Shown: positions 17,802 to 27,710 of the stretch, one piece after another
Numbering within the stretch: the stretch's first letter is position 1
How the letters are laid out: each line of letters opens with the position of its first letter
Source of the DNA: Minisyncoccia bacterium
Lineage (GTDB): Bacteria > Patescibacteriota > Minisyncoccia > Phycocordibacterales > UBA918
Direction of reading: 5' to 3'
Length of the DNA: 64,000 nt
NCBI GenBank assembly: GCA_046598345.1
Contig: JBKJIT010000004.1
Coordinates: forward strand, 69,702-133,701
Translations under genes and position numbers: made by a program
The notes under the pieces: model-generated
Seen by the model: only the letters and a program-made list of their open reading frames with translations
Databases searched by the model: none
Told to the model about the DNA's origin: nothing

Positions 17802-20534
17802 ATGGAATTAGCTGGTGTAAAAAAGTTCTCATCACCTGAGGAAGAAATTTCGTATCTACGTGCTCAGATAGCTGAGCGCGAACAAGAGCTGCTCTCACGC
17901 AATAAAGAGATTGATCACGTTGATCATGAGACTATTGGTAAGGAGGTAATGCGTGAATATGGCGAGCATGATCCGTCAGTCATCTTGCACGATACTCACA
18001 CCCTCAAAGGACAGGAGTTTGCGGAATCGCTCCACATTTCAGAGGTTGCTGGAGACCCGATTGCAGAAGTCGTAAAGATTGCATATGAGAAAGGCGTGAG
18101 AAATGCGATGTCGGTCCTCGAGCGTTTAGGAGATGCGTTTCTTACTGACGAGGTACACAAGCGACTTATTGCGGATATTCGAACAGGGAAGGAGGTTGCG
18201 GATTTGAAGGAAGGTGCTCCCATGTGGAAGCTACTCCACATGACACTTTTTGAAGTTGCCCTTCCCGAGCATGCAGATGAGGGAGCTGAGACAAATTTAA
18301 AGACACTACTTTCTGCCATGGAGCAGTTTTATTCGGGCATGCAGACACTTGGGAGTGGAAAATCCCCAAAGCATTACACGCTCGAAGTTGCGGTAGCAGA
18401 TAACAGCGACGACATTGTGTTTTACGTGGGCGTGCCCAACGAGTTTGTGAATCTGTTTGAAAAGCAGGCGCTCTCACTGTTTCCCACAGCACAGCTCATT
18501 CTTCAGCAGAATGACTACAACATTTTTGTTGAAGGTGGAACGCATGAAGTATCTATAGGAATGCAACGAAAGCATTCTATATATCCACTGAGGCTTTACG
18601 AGCAGTTTGAAAACGATCCCCTCAATGTGATCCTAAACGCGTTCTCGAAGATTGAACGCGTGGGCGGAGGCGCAGCAATGCAACTTCTCATTGAGGGTGG
18701 GGCAAGCAAATATCGTGAGTCGTACACAGGTATTCAAAAGCGAGTAGAGAAAGGGGAGAAGATTGAGATCGCCATTCGAAAGGATTCTTTTGCGGGGAGT
18801 ATGTACGAAAATCTAAAGGATGTGTTTGTGCCGGGGAAAGAAAAAAAGGATGGTGAACCAGAAAAGCCAAAGGAAATAAAGACGGACCTGCTCGAAGAAT
18901 TTAAAAAGAAGATGAATGCGCCGACGCTTGCAACAAACATTCGACTCATTGCCTCAGCGCATACGAAGGAGCGGGCTGACCAGATACTTACTGAACTCGA
19001 ATCGGGTTTTCATCAATTTGAAAACACTTCCGGAAATAAGTTTTCGTGGAAGCGAGCACAGGGAAGTACTAAAGCACGGGTGCTAAAGGCATTCTCATTT
19101 CGAGAGTTTGAACCCTCGCAGATCATGCCGCTCTCTATTGCGGAAATTGCAACGATTCTCCATTTCCCAGCAGAAGGAGTTGAGTCATCACCGCAATTTA
19201 AGCAATCGAAAGCAAAGAAAGCACCAGCACCCGTTGATATGCCACAGCACGGCACCCTCCTTGGGGTGAATGAATTCCGAAATAAGGAGACACAGATATA
19301 CCTCACGCCCGAGGATAGGCTTCGACATTTCTATGTTATTGGACAGACAGGAACTGGAAAGACCACGATCCTTAAAAATATGATCGTGCAGGATATTCTT
19401 GATGGCGGAGGCGTCTGCATGATCGATCCGCATGGCACGGACATTCTCGATGTGCTGTCTGCAATCCCCGAAGCTCGCCTCGATGATGTTATCTACTTTG
19501 ATCCCTCCAATATGGAACGTGTCATGGGGCTTAATATGCTTGAGTTTGATCCAAAATTCCCAGAACAGAAAACCTTTGTGGTGAACGAACTCTTTTCAAT
19601 TTTTCAGAAACTCTACGGTGCGAATCCTGAGTCGATGGGACCGATGTTTGAGCAATATTTCAGAAACGCGACGCTTCTAGTACTTGAGGATCCTGATTCA
19701 GGCAGTACACTTCTCGACATATCTCGCGTTATGGCTGATGCTGACTATCGCAACATGAAGCTCGCGAAGGCGACGAATCCAGTTGTTGTGCAATTCTGGA
19801 AGACGATTGCAACCAAGGCCGGCGGCGAGGCATCGCTTGAGAATATTGTTCCGTATATCGTATCTAAATTTGATGTGTTCACGGCAAACGACTATATGCG
19901 TCCCATAATCGGCCAACAGAAATCATCTTTCAACTTCCGGGACATCATGGATTCACAGAAGATACTGCTCGTTAACCTCTCGAAAGGCCGACTTGGGGAA
20001 ATAAATGCCAACCTCATTGGCATGATCATTGTCGGTAAGATTCTCATGGCAGCTCTCTCGCGTGTGGATGATACTACGAAAGGATATCCACCTTTCTATC
20101 TCTATATAGATGAGTTCCAGAACGTAACAACGAATTCAATTGCATCTATCTTGTCGGAAGCAAGAAAATATAAATTGGGGCTTACTGTCGCGCATCAATT
20201 TATTGCTCAAATTGATGAGAAAATTAAGGATGCAGTGTTTGGTAATGTTGGATCTATGGCAGCCTTCCGCGTGGGTGTAGATGATGCAGAGTATCTCACT
20301 TCACAATTTGCACCGGTGTTTGAACAAACTGACCTAATGAATGTTGAAAATTTCAACGCGTACGTGCGGCTACTTTCAAATGGTTCTCCCACAAAACCAT
20401 TTAGCTTGCGCACGATGTCACCGCACACCACTGATCCTGCGTACGCCGAGAAGGTAATAGAGTACTCACACTTTAAGTACGGAACATCGAGGGAGGAGGT
20501 TGATAGGGCAATACGAGCCAGGTACATGATGTGA
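17802..20534 (+). CDS. Large ATPase with C-terminal VirD4/TraD-like (T4SS-DNA-transfer / DUF87-type) P-loop domain
   Basis: 910 aa; Walker A 'HFYVIGQTGTGKTT', Walker B 'FYLYIDEFQNV'; ~460-aa N-terminal region of unknown function. Confidence 0.5.
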   Translation: MELAGVKKFSSPEEEISYLRAQIAEREQELLSRNKEIDHVDHETIGKEVMREYGEHDPSVILHDTHTLKGQEFAESLHISEVAGDPIAEVVKIAYEKGVRNAMSVLERLGDAFLTDEVHKRLIADIRTGKEVADLKEGAPMWKLLHMTLFEVALPEHADEGAETNLKTLLSAMEQFYSGMQTLGSGKSPKHYTLEVAVADNSDDIVFYVGVPNEFVNLFEKQALSLFPTAQLILQQNDYNIFVEGGTHEVSIGMQRKHSIYPLRLYEQFENDPLNVILNAFSKIERVGGGAAMQLLIEGGASKYRESYTGIQKRVEKGEKIEIAIRKDSFAGSMYENLKDVFVPGKEKKDGEPEKPKEIKTDLLEEFKKKMNAPTLATNIRLIASAHTKERADQILTELESGFHQFENTSGNKFSWKRAQGSTKARVLKAFSFREFEPSQIMPLSIAEIATILHFPAEGVESSPQFKQSKAKKAPAPVDMPQHGTLLGVNEFRNKETQIYLTPEDRLRHFYVIGQTGTGKTTILKNMIVQDILDGGGVCMIDPHGTDILDVLSAIPEARLDDVIYFDPSNMERVMGLNMLEFDPKFPEQKTFVVNELFSIFQKLYGANPESMGPMFEQYFRNATLLVLEDPDSGSTLLDISRVMADADYRNMKLAKATNPVVVQFWKTIATKAGGEASLENIVPYIVSKFDVFTANDYMRPIIGQQKSSFNFRDIMDSQKILLVNLSKGRLGEINANLIGMIIVGKILMAALSRVDDTTKGYPPFYLYIDEFQNVTTNSIASILSEARKYKLGLTVAHQFIAQIDEKIKDAVFGNVGSMAAFRVGVDDAEYLTSQFAPVFEQTDLMNVENFNAYVRLLSNGSPTKPFSLRTMSPHTTDPAYAEKVIEYSHFKYGTSREEVDRAIRARYMM

Positions 20535-20695
20535 CCAGGAATTAACGAGCGCAGCGACTATAGTTCCTCTGTCCGTCATAAAATTTTATTCCTAATAAAT
20601 TTTAGGACGCAGTCCACGTTTATAGTTTCTGAAAATAGGTTATCAACTTATATTTCACGCACGCGAAAGTTCACGAGTGTTATACTGTAGGTGAT

Positions 20696-22645
20696 ATGGC
20701 GGAGGTACGTACGTCTCATAGGAGCGCTCCTTCACATGTGGCTCAGACATCCACATCACCTTTTGATATGCGGAGCTGGCAAGGCTTGACTTCAGTTCTA
20801 CAGATGGGAAGAGATGCAGGATTGAATGCTGGAGAGTATGCACAGTTTCGTGATTTAGTACTTTCATACGCGCAAAGTGGTGGTGATGCAGGAATTAAAA
20901 CAAAGATTGATACTGCAATTGCGGGATTTACTAAAAAGGAGACGAAAGCACCCGTGCAGGAAGAGAAGGATAGAGGGGAGGAGAAGAGAAAGGGTGCATC
21001 TCCTGCTGCTCAAAAACAGAATGTTGAACCACGCGTCGTGACTATTTCAAGCGATCGTATGCGTGGCGGCCGACCAGCTCCTACGTTTGCGGGTACCGGA
21101 GCTACAAGCGCACATCTTCCTGAGGCTACAGAAATAAAAGCTGAACCAATACCGAAACTTGTCCCTTTGATGCCCGTGCCTAGAGAATCGAAGGAGGATT
21201 CTAAAAAAGAACCCAAAGTCACAACGCCGCAATCTTCTTTGCCGACCCCTAGAGAGGAATTACCTACTCAGGAATTAACAGATGCGCCAGTGACTCCCAC
21301 ATCAAATCCCCTAATGATTACTACAGAGCCCATAGCACAAGAAAACTCCAAAGACGCGCGTGCCGAAAAGATCTGGGCTGAAGAGGAAGAGAAAGGTACG
21401 AAGGATGCGCCTCTGCCGGAGGTAGCTCTTCCAATATCTCCGATTCCTGAGGTTGCAACGGTCATTCCACCACAAGCTCCTCCATCCGCTCAGTCTATTG
21501 AGCAATTTAAAGCACGTATTACTGAGATTAAACGTACTGTGCATAGCACAATAGGAAACCCCGTGACGCTCATGGATGCGGGGAATCAGGTGGGACGAGC
21601 GTATATGAACGCGCTACTTGTTGCACTGAAGTCTACCGGAGGAGGTTCACCCGTTCCGGTTGAAGAAGCAATGCGTAAGCTTGAAGATTCGTTTGAAGCG
21701 CTTCAGAAACTAGGAAAACCAGATCGTGCGGAAACGCCAGTCCCGAGAGCTGCATCTGAACCTCGCGTAGAGAAGGAGGTCGTTCCAATTCCCGAACAAA
21801 TATCGAAAGCGGTGCCCGTAGAACCACGAGTTGAGGTTCAAAGTCCACCAAAGGTTCAAGTGCCAATTCCTCCACCTCCTCCAATACTGAAAAAAGAATC
21901 GGCGATAGTTCCTCCTGTGGAAATTAAATCAGCCCCGAAGCGAGCGGAGGAAATTCCCGTTGCGTCACCAAGGGTACGAACCGAGAGCAATCCACCATTG
22001 AATCTTCCGATTGATGAAAAGGAAACGATTGAAATTCCCGTGAAGAAGTCTGCGCCCATTCAACCACCGGTTACATCAGAAAAATTGGATGTGCCCCCCC
22101 GAAAGATTTCTGAAACACCAAACAGTACACCGATTCCAGTAATGCCTGTGAAAGTTGCTGAAGAAATTTCGAGCATGCCCACAGTCACCCCACTTTCGAC
22201 AACAAGACCACCCACATCTAGTGTGGAGCCAAAGATTCCAGTACCCGACCCACTTGTCTCTTCGCCCCACTATAGTACTGTGACAGAACTCAGCACTATT
22301 CCAGTGCATCACACTACGCTAGAAGTGGAACTCGATACTGATGAAATTACAGTTGCACTGTATCAACTCCTCCATGAGTGGAGTATTTTTAGAAGCAGCG
22401 GCATGTTTGGTACAGGTCCAGGCGGCGCGGACCACCCACTCTATAAAAAGATTTCAAACCTACCGATGCTCACGGTCTCAAATGGGGGATGGGGTGATGC
22501 TAAGCCTGACGAGCGACAATCGATTCGGGATTATATTAATGCGTGGCGACACGAACAGAGCATCTCGTACAACCCAATGGAAAGTTTTGAACACTATTTG
22601 CGACGAGTGATTCAGCGTGTACAAAGAAGACAGGCTAGGAACTAA
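20696..22645 (+). CDS. hypothetical proline-rich protein with ordered C-terminal domain
   Basis: 649 aa; long P/E/K/V-rich low-complexity middle; ~150-aa C-terminal domain. Confidence 0.4.
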   Translation: MAEVRTSHRSAPSHVAQTSTSPFDMRSWQGLTSVLQMGRDAGLNAGEYAQFRDLVLSYAQSGGDAGIKTKIDTAIAGFTKKETKAPVQEEKDRGEEKRKGASPAAQKQNVEPRVVTISSDRMRGGRPAPTFAGTGATSAHLPEATEIKAEPIPKLVPLMPVPRESKEDSKKEPKVTTPQSSLPTPREELPTQELTDAPVTPTSNPLMITTEPIAQENSKDARAEKIWAEEEEKGTKDAPLPEVALPISPIPEVATVIPPQAPPSAQSIEQFKARITEIKRTVHSTIGNPVTLMDAGNQVGRAYMNALLVALKSTGGGSPVPVEEAMRKLEDSFEALQKLGKPDRAETPVPRAASEPRVEKEVVPIPEQISKAVPVEPRVEVQSPPKVQVPIPPPPPILKKESAIVPPVEIKSAPKRAEEIPVASPRVRTESNPPLNLPIDEKETIEIPVKKSAPIQPPVTSEKLDVPPRKISETPNSTPIPVMPVKVAEEISSMPTVTPLSTTRPPTSSVEPKIPVPDPLVSSPHYSTVTELSTIPVHHTTLEVELDTDEITVALYQLLHEWSIFRSSGMFGTGPGGADHPLYKKISNLPMLTVSNGGWGDAKPDERQSIRDYINAWRHEQSISYNPMESFEHYLRRVIQRVQRRQARN

Positions 22646-22727
22646 CGAGCGCACTATTGAACGAGTAGCTTGTAAGGATTACATTGGTTCCCTTTGAAGG
22701 AGTTATGGTATCAGGCATAATACAGGA

Positions 22728-23321
22728 ATGACACACCATGCAGTGGGCATAATTGGGGATGCAGAAGGAGCACTTCTCTCAATACCCGAAGAAGATCGGG
22801 AGGCCGGAGTGGATGTTACCGCTTTCAAATACCGACAGCTCACTATCGCTGATGCACGCGCGCTAAATAATCTTGCAGCACAACGACCGTTTCAAAAGCC
22901 AGAACGAATTTTCATCCTGACATTTGAGAGTGCCACAACTGAAGCGCAAAATGCTCTTTTGAAGCTCTTTGAAGAACCCACTCTTACCTCGCGGTTCTAT
23001 CTCATCTTTCCCCTAGAAGATGTTCTTCTACCAACACTTCGTTCGAGACTTATGCTGAAGCAAGTGATTCATACGAATGCGGAAGGCGCATTGGCAAAAG
23101 AATTTCTCCGCGCATCCTACGCAGAACGACTCGAACTGATTGCCGCAAAGCTGAAGGATACAGAAGAAACATGGAGCCTAAATCTGATACGCGAACTAGA
23201 ATATGAAGTACGAGGGAAGGGAAAAACGGGGGCAGAAGCCTTGGTATTTATTGCAGAATATATGCGTGCACCTGGTGCATCCAAGAAAATGCTTCTCGAA
23301 CATCTGGCACTTTCACTTTGA
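22728..23321 (+). CDS. holB: DNA polymerase III delta'-like (HolB family, short form)
   Basis: 'AQNALLKLFEEPTLTSRFYLIFPLEDVLLPTLRSRL' matches the delta' sensor/box motif; lacks the N-terminal Walker A region. Confidence 0.5.
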   Translation: MTHHAVGIIGDAEGALLSIPEEDREAGVDVTAFKYRQLTIADARALNNLAAQRPFQKPERIFILTFESATTEAQNALLKLFEEPTLTSRFYLIFPLEDVLLPTLRSRLMLKQVIHTNAEGALAKEFLRASYAERLELIAAKLKDTEETWSLNLIRELEYEVRGKGKTGAEALVFIAEYMRAPGASKKMLLEHLALSL

Positions 23322-23333
23322 AGACGAGCGAAA

Positions 23334-23903
23334 TTGCGCTACGATAGTGACATGAGATACGATTTTAAGACATTTGATGCACGCGCGAAAGGAGTTACTG
23401 AGTGGCTCGTGAAGGAATTTTCTGCTGTTCGAACGGGACGTGCAACCCCAGCGCTCCTGGATTTAGTGCGTGTCGAATCCTACGGTAGTCGAGTTCCACT
23501 CAATCAAGTTGGGTCAGTTACGATTGAAGATCCTCGAACGCTGCGGGTAGTACCATGGGATGGCTCACAAATTAAAGCCGTCGAACGCGCAATTGTTGAG
23601 GCTGATCTTGGCATTTCTCCGATCACAGATTCAACTGGTATTCGAGTTATGTTTCCGGAACTTACGAGTGAGCGCCGTGAGCAGCTTCTTCGACTTGCTA
23701 AAATGAAACTGGAAGAGGCCCGGGTGTCACTTCGGGGTTCACGTGATGATATCCTTAAAGATATGGAGGCAAAGGAAAAGAATAATGAATTGAGTAAAGA
23801 TGAGCGTTTTGCAGCAAAGGAAGAGCTTCAGAAAAAGATCGATTCCTGTAATGGGGAACTCAACTCAATGTTTGAGGCCAAAGAGAAGGAAATTGTAGAA
23901 TAA
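23334..23903 (+). CDS. frr: Ribosome recycling factor
   Basis: 189 aa; 'LSAVRTGRATPALLDLVRVESYGSRVPLNQVGSVTIEDPRTL...ADLGISPITDSTGIRVMFPELTSERREQL'. Confidence 0.85.
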   Translation: MRYDSDMRYDFKTFDARAKGVTEWLVKEFSAVRTGRATPALLDLVRVESYGSRVPLNQVGSVTIEDPRTLRVVPWDGSQIKAVERAIVEADLGISPITDSTGIRVMFPELTSERREQLLRLAKMKLEEARVSLRGSRDDILKDMEAKEKNNELSKDERFAAKEELQKKIDSCNGELNSMFEAKEKEIVE

Positions 23904-23909
23904 TATCGT

Positions 23910-25004
23910 ATGTCAATTCTTATTTTTATTGCCGTGCTTTTTGCGCTCGTTCTCGTGCATGAATGGGGACATTTTTTTGTTGCAAAGAAGACAGGTATGC
24001 GTGTGGATGAATTCGGTATTGGTTTTCCTCCAAAGCTTTTTGGGATTAAAAAGGGGGAGACACTCTACTCTATAAATGCGCTGCCGATTGGTGGGTTTGT
24101 TAAAATTTTCGGAGAAGATGCAGTTGTGGGAGAGGGAGAAACTTCACAAAGTGGATCCTTCACTTCTAAAAGTAAGTGGGCTCAAACAGCGGTGCTCGTT
24201 GCTGGAGTTGGAATGAACATTCTCTTCGCGTGGTTTTTGTTTGTGATTGCGCTCAGTGTTGGAGTTGAGTCCGCGGTGAGTGAAGCGGAGGCTGGTCCTG
24301 ATGCGAGACTCATTGTTTCCCAAGTGCTTCCTGATTCTCCTGCAGCACTCGCAAAGATTCCAACAGGTGCCATCATTACGAGCGTACAAGATAGCGAGGG
24401 CAATACTCCGAGCGCGCTGTTCCCTTCAGCATTTAGTGAATTTGCAACCTCGCACGGCACAGAAATGCTCACCATCACCTATCAGGTGGGGGATGAAATG
24501 TTCCTCACAACCCTCTCGCCCAAACAGGGAATTATTGCCTCAGATCCAGAGCGTGCGGCGATTGGTGTGCAACTCACTACTATTGAAGTTGTGCGCGAGC
24601 CATTCCATAAAGCTATTACGAAGGGTTTCATGCTTACGGTTACGAGTCTCAAAGAAATCACCGTTGGTATGTGGGGACTTCTTCGCGACGCCGTTACCCT
24701 TAAGGCTGACCTCACGAACGTCGCAGGGCCAGTCGGTATTGTGGGGATGGTGGGCGAAGCGTCCGCTCTTGGCGTGACGTCACTCGTTATGTTTACTGCG
24801 TTCATCTCGCTTAATCTCGCTGTCATTAACCTACTCCCGTTCCCAGCACTCGATGGAGGACGACTTCTATTCGTCATCATTGAAGCGGTGAAACGCTCTC
24901 CGATTAATCCCCGCTATGTCATGATACTTAATACTGTTGGATTTATGATGCTTATGGCTTTGATGGCGGCTATTACCTGGAACGACATCGCTAAAATAAT
25001 CTAA
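23910..25004 (+). CDS. rseP: RIP metalloprotease RseP (site-2 protease, M50) with PDZ domain
   Basis: HExxH 'VHEWGHFFVAKK', PDZ region, C-terminal 'NLLPFPALDGGRL' motif. Confidence 0.85.
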   Translation: MSILIFIAVLFALVLVHEWGHFFVAKKTGMRVDEFGIGFPPKLFGIKKGETLYSINALPIGGFVKIFGEDAVVGEGETSQSGSFTSKSKWAQTAVLVAGVGMNILFAWFLFVIALSVGVESAVSEAEAGPDARLIVSQVLPDSPAALAKIPTGAIITSVQDSEGNTPSALFPSAFSEFATSHGTEMLTITYQVGDEMFLTTLSPKQGIIASDPERAAIGVQLTTIEVVREPFHKAITKGFMLTVTSLKEITVGMWGLLRDAVTLKADLTNVAGPVGIVGMVGEASALGVTSLVMFTAFISLNLAVINLLPFPALDGGRLLFVIIEAVKRSPINPRYVMILNTVGFMMLMALMAAITWNDIAKII

Positions 25005-25119
25005 ATCGCGAGAAAGTATCATCTACTTTGTTGCTTTCGCCATTCACGCATTCACCGTATGTATATACGGCTCACGTGTTAATAGCTTAGCGCCTCGCAT
25101 CTAATACCTTCTCGCGATT
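25004..25119 (+). repeat. Stop-codon-adjacent hairpin-flanked element, copy B (after rseP)
   Basis: Core CATCTACTTTGTTGCTTTCGCC...CCGTATGTATATACGG...GCGCCTCGCATCTAATACC flanked by aatcgcgagaa / ttctcgcgatt inverted repeat. Confidence 0.6.
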
Positions 25120-25343
25120 CAGAAACATACACTTAGGTTATCGCAAACAGTTGGTAAATCCGGCAGTGGCTGGAGCAAATCGAAAGTATCAACGCGTCTA
25201 AGGTCCGTAGGAAAGACAAAAGATCTATACTACAGGCCTTTTGTTATTGTATTTTGACCCTTCCTTCAGTTCCGAGGTAGAATGCTGGGGCAGATGGAGG
25301 TATACACCCCTGTGCGCTTTTATTGTTAACCAACATTTTCATG

Positions 25344-26615
25344 AGACAATCGCAACTCTTCACTAAGACACGAAAAGAAGTCCCTGCTGATGAGGTTTCC
25401 AAAAACGCGCAACTCCTTATAAGTGCAGGCTACATTCATAAAGAAATGGCTGGAGTCTATTCGTATTTGCCACTTGGCATTCGAGTTCTTCAAAATATTG
25501 AAACTGTTGTGCGTGAGGAGATGAATATGATTGGAGGGCAGGAAATTCGGATGGCAACACTTCACCCGTCCGAGCCATGGAAGCAAACGGGCGCGTGGGA
25601 CAGTGTCGACGTGGTTTTTAAAATAATGAGTCGAACAGAAAAGGAATACACTATTGGGCAGAGCGAAGAAGAAATTGTCACACCCATTGCTAAGGAGTAC
25701 GTGAAATCATACAAGGATTTGCCTCTCGCTATTTACCAGATAGGACAGAAGTATCGCGATGAGCTCCGTGCAAAGAGCGGCATCATGCGGGGGCGAGAGT
25801 TCACTATGAAGGACATGTACTCGTTCCATGAAACGCAGGAGGATTTTGATCGATTTTATACTCTCGCAAAAGAGGCGTACCTAAAAGTGTATGAACGACT
25901 TGGTCTCATTGCAAAGGCAACGGAAGCATCTGGGGGAGCTTTCACAAAAAAACTCTCCTATGAATTTATGGTACTTACGAGTGCAGGTGAAGACGATGTT
26001 CTTTACTGCAGTTCTTGTTCATACTGTGTGAATGTAGAAATTAGTGATCAGAAAGAAGGCGATGCGTGCACGCGGTGCGGAAATGGATTCCTCTCTCGTG
26101 CTACTGCATCAGAGGTGGGGAATATATTTGACCTTGGGACTAAGTATGCACAAGACTTCTCCGTAACCTTCAAGGATAGAGAAGGTAACGAACAACACCC
26201 GATAATGGGGTGCTTTGGTATTGGAATCACGAGACTCATGGGAGTTATTGCTGAAACATTTAATGATGATAAAGGAATCATCTGGCCAGAATCAGTGGCA
26301 CCGTTCAAAGTACATCTCGTAGGACTTAATGGCGAAGATGCTGAGATTAAAGATTGGACTGATGGAATCTATGATTCACTTCGTCGCCAGCATGTCGAAG
26401 TTCTCTACGATGATCGCGACGCACGAACGGGAGAGAAATTTGCCGACAGTGATCTCTTGGGTATTCCATATCGTGTAGTTGTGAGTAAGCGTGCGCGGGA
26501 AGAGGGGAAGTTTGAGGTGGTGCGGCGAAGAGACGGAGAAGTGAGCACACTCACTGAGGAAGAACTCTTTGCCCGCTTTAGCCCGGACCAAGTCACAGAC
26601 GAAGAATCAATATAA
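25344..26615 (+). CDS. proS: Proline--tRNA ligase
   Basis: Class II aaRS motifs, 'FTKTRKEVPADEVSKNAQLLISAGYI', anticodon-binding C-terminal domain. Confidence 0.85.
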   Translation, partial: RQSQLFTKTRKEVPADEVSKNAQLLISAGYIHKEMAGVYSYLPLGIRVLQNIETVVREEMNMIGGQEIRMATLHPSEPWKQTGAWDSVDVVFKIMSRTEKEYTIGQSEEEIVTPIAKEYVKSYKDLPLAIYQIGQKYRDELRAKSGIMRGREFTMKDMYSFHETQEDFDRFYTLAKEAYLKVYERLGLIAKATEASGGAFTKKLSYEFMVLTSAGEDDVLYCSSCSYCVNVEISDQKEGDACTRCGNGFLSRATASEVGNIFDLGTKYAQDFSVTFKDREGNEQHPIMGCFGIGITRLMGVIAETFNDDKGIIWPESVAPFKVHLVGLNGEDAEIKDWTDGIYDSLRRQHVEVLYDDRDARTGEKFADSDLLGIPYRVVVSKRAREEGKFEVVRRRDGEVSTLTEEELFARFSPDQVTDEESI

Positions 26616-26636
26616 TGAGAGTGATGGAAATGTGCC

Positions 26637-27710
26637 GTGATTAAAAAACTTCTTACATTAATTGATAAAGGATTGGAGTCAATCTCAACGGATATTGGTA
26701 TTGACTTAGGGACTGCAAATACGCTTGTCTACGTAAAGGGAAAAGGAATCATTCTTAACGAACCGACGATCGTCGCAATTAACCGGAAAACCGGACAGCT
26801 TGTTGCAGTAGGTGCGGAAGCTAAGTCTATGCTTGGTCGCACGCCTGGGCACATTGAGGTAATTCGACCACTTGTCGGGGGAGTTATTTCAGACTTTGAG
26901 GTGACCGAAGAAATGCTTGCGTACTTGATCGCAAAGGTGCGCACGGGCACACGCTCAATTGTTGCGCCGCGCGTTTTGATTGGAGTGCCGTCAGGGATTA
27001 CCAATGTTGAGATGCGCGCAGCGCGTGATGCGGCGAGGAATGCTGGTGCGCGTGATGTGTTTCTCATTGAAGAGCCTGTTGCTGCTGCCATTGGTGCAAA
27101 GCTTCCAGTTCACAAGCCACAGGGGAGCATGATTATTGATATTGGTGGTGGTACGACTGATATCGCCGTCATTTCCTTAAATGGAATTGTGGTTGCTAAG
27201 AATCTAAAGATTGCCGGCGATCGCCTCAATGAAGACATAGTGTCGTACATCCGTGATCAGTTTAAGGTGCTCGTGGGAGATCGGACTGCGGAGGATGCAA
27301 AGATCGCGCTCGCATCTGTGGAGGATAACGGTGAGTCAAAAGAAATTATTGTGCGTGGACGCGATGTGGTCACGGGGCTTCCACGCGAAGTAGTCATTAC
27401 TGATTCAGATATCAGGGAAGCAATTGCGGGGTCGATAAACTCCATTATTGAAGCAGCGCGAGACGTCATTGAAAAAACACCGCCTGAGGTATTGTCCGAC
27501 GTGATGCAACGGGGCATCTACCTCTCAGGCGGAGGTGCGCTCATTCCTGGAGTAGGGAAGCTTCTCGAAGAAATCCTCAAGCTTCCGGTCGTCATTGTGC
27601 CCGATCCACTTCGTGCGGTCGTACGAGGTACAGGAATTGTCCTCGAAAATTTTGAAGAATATGCAGAACTTCTCATTGAAAATGAAGGGGAACTCACCCC
27701 AGAACTCTAG
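26637..27710 (+). CDS. mreB: Rod shape-determining protein MreB, paralogue 2
   Basis: 'IGIDLGTANTLVY', 'IIDIGGGTTDIAVISL', 'IYLSGGGALIPGVGKLLEE'. Confidence 0.85.
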   Translation: MIKKLLTLIDKGLESISTDIGIDLGTANTLVYVKGKGIILNEPTIVAINRKTGQLVAVGAEAKSMLGRTPGHIEVIRPLVGGVISDFEVTEEMLAYLIAKVRTGTRSIVAPRVLIGVPSGITNVEMRAARDAARNAGARDVFLIEEPVAAAIGAKLPVHKPQGSMIIDIGGGTTDIAVISLNGIVVAKNLKIAGDRLNEDIVSYIRDQFKVLVGDRTAEDAKIALASVEDNGESKEIIVRGRDVVTGLPREVVITDSDIREAIAGSINSIIEAARDVIEKTPPEVLSDVMQRGIYLSGGGALIPGVGKLLEEILKLPVVIVPDPLRAVVRGTGIVLENFEEYAELLIENEGELTPEL

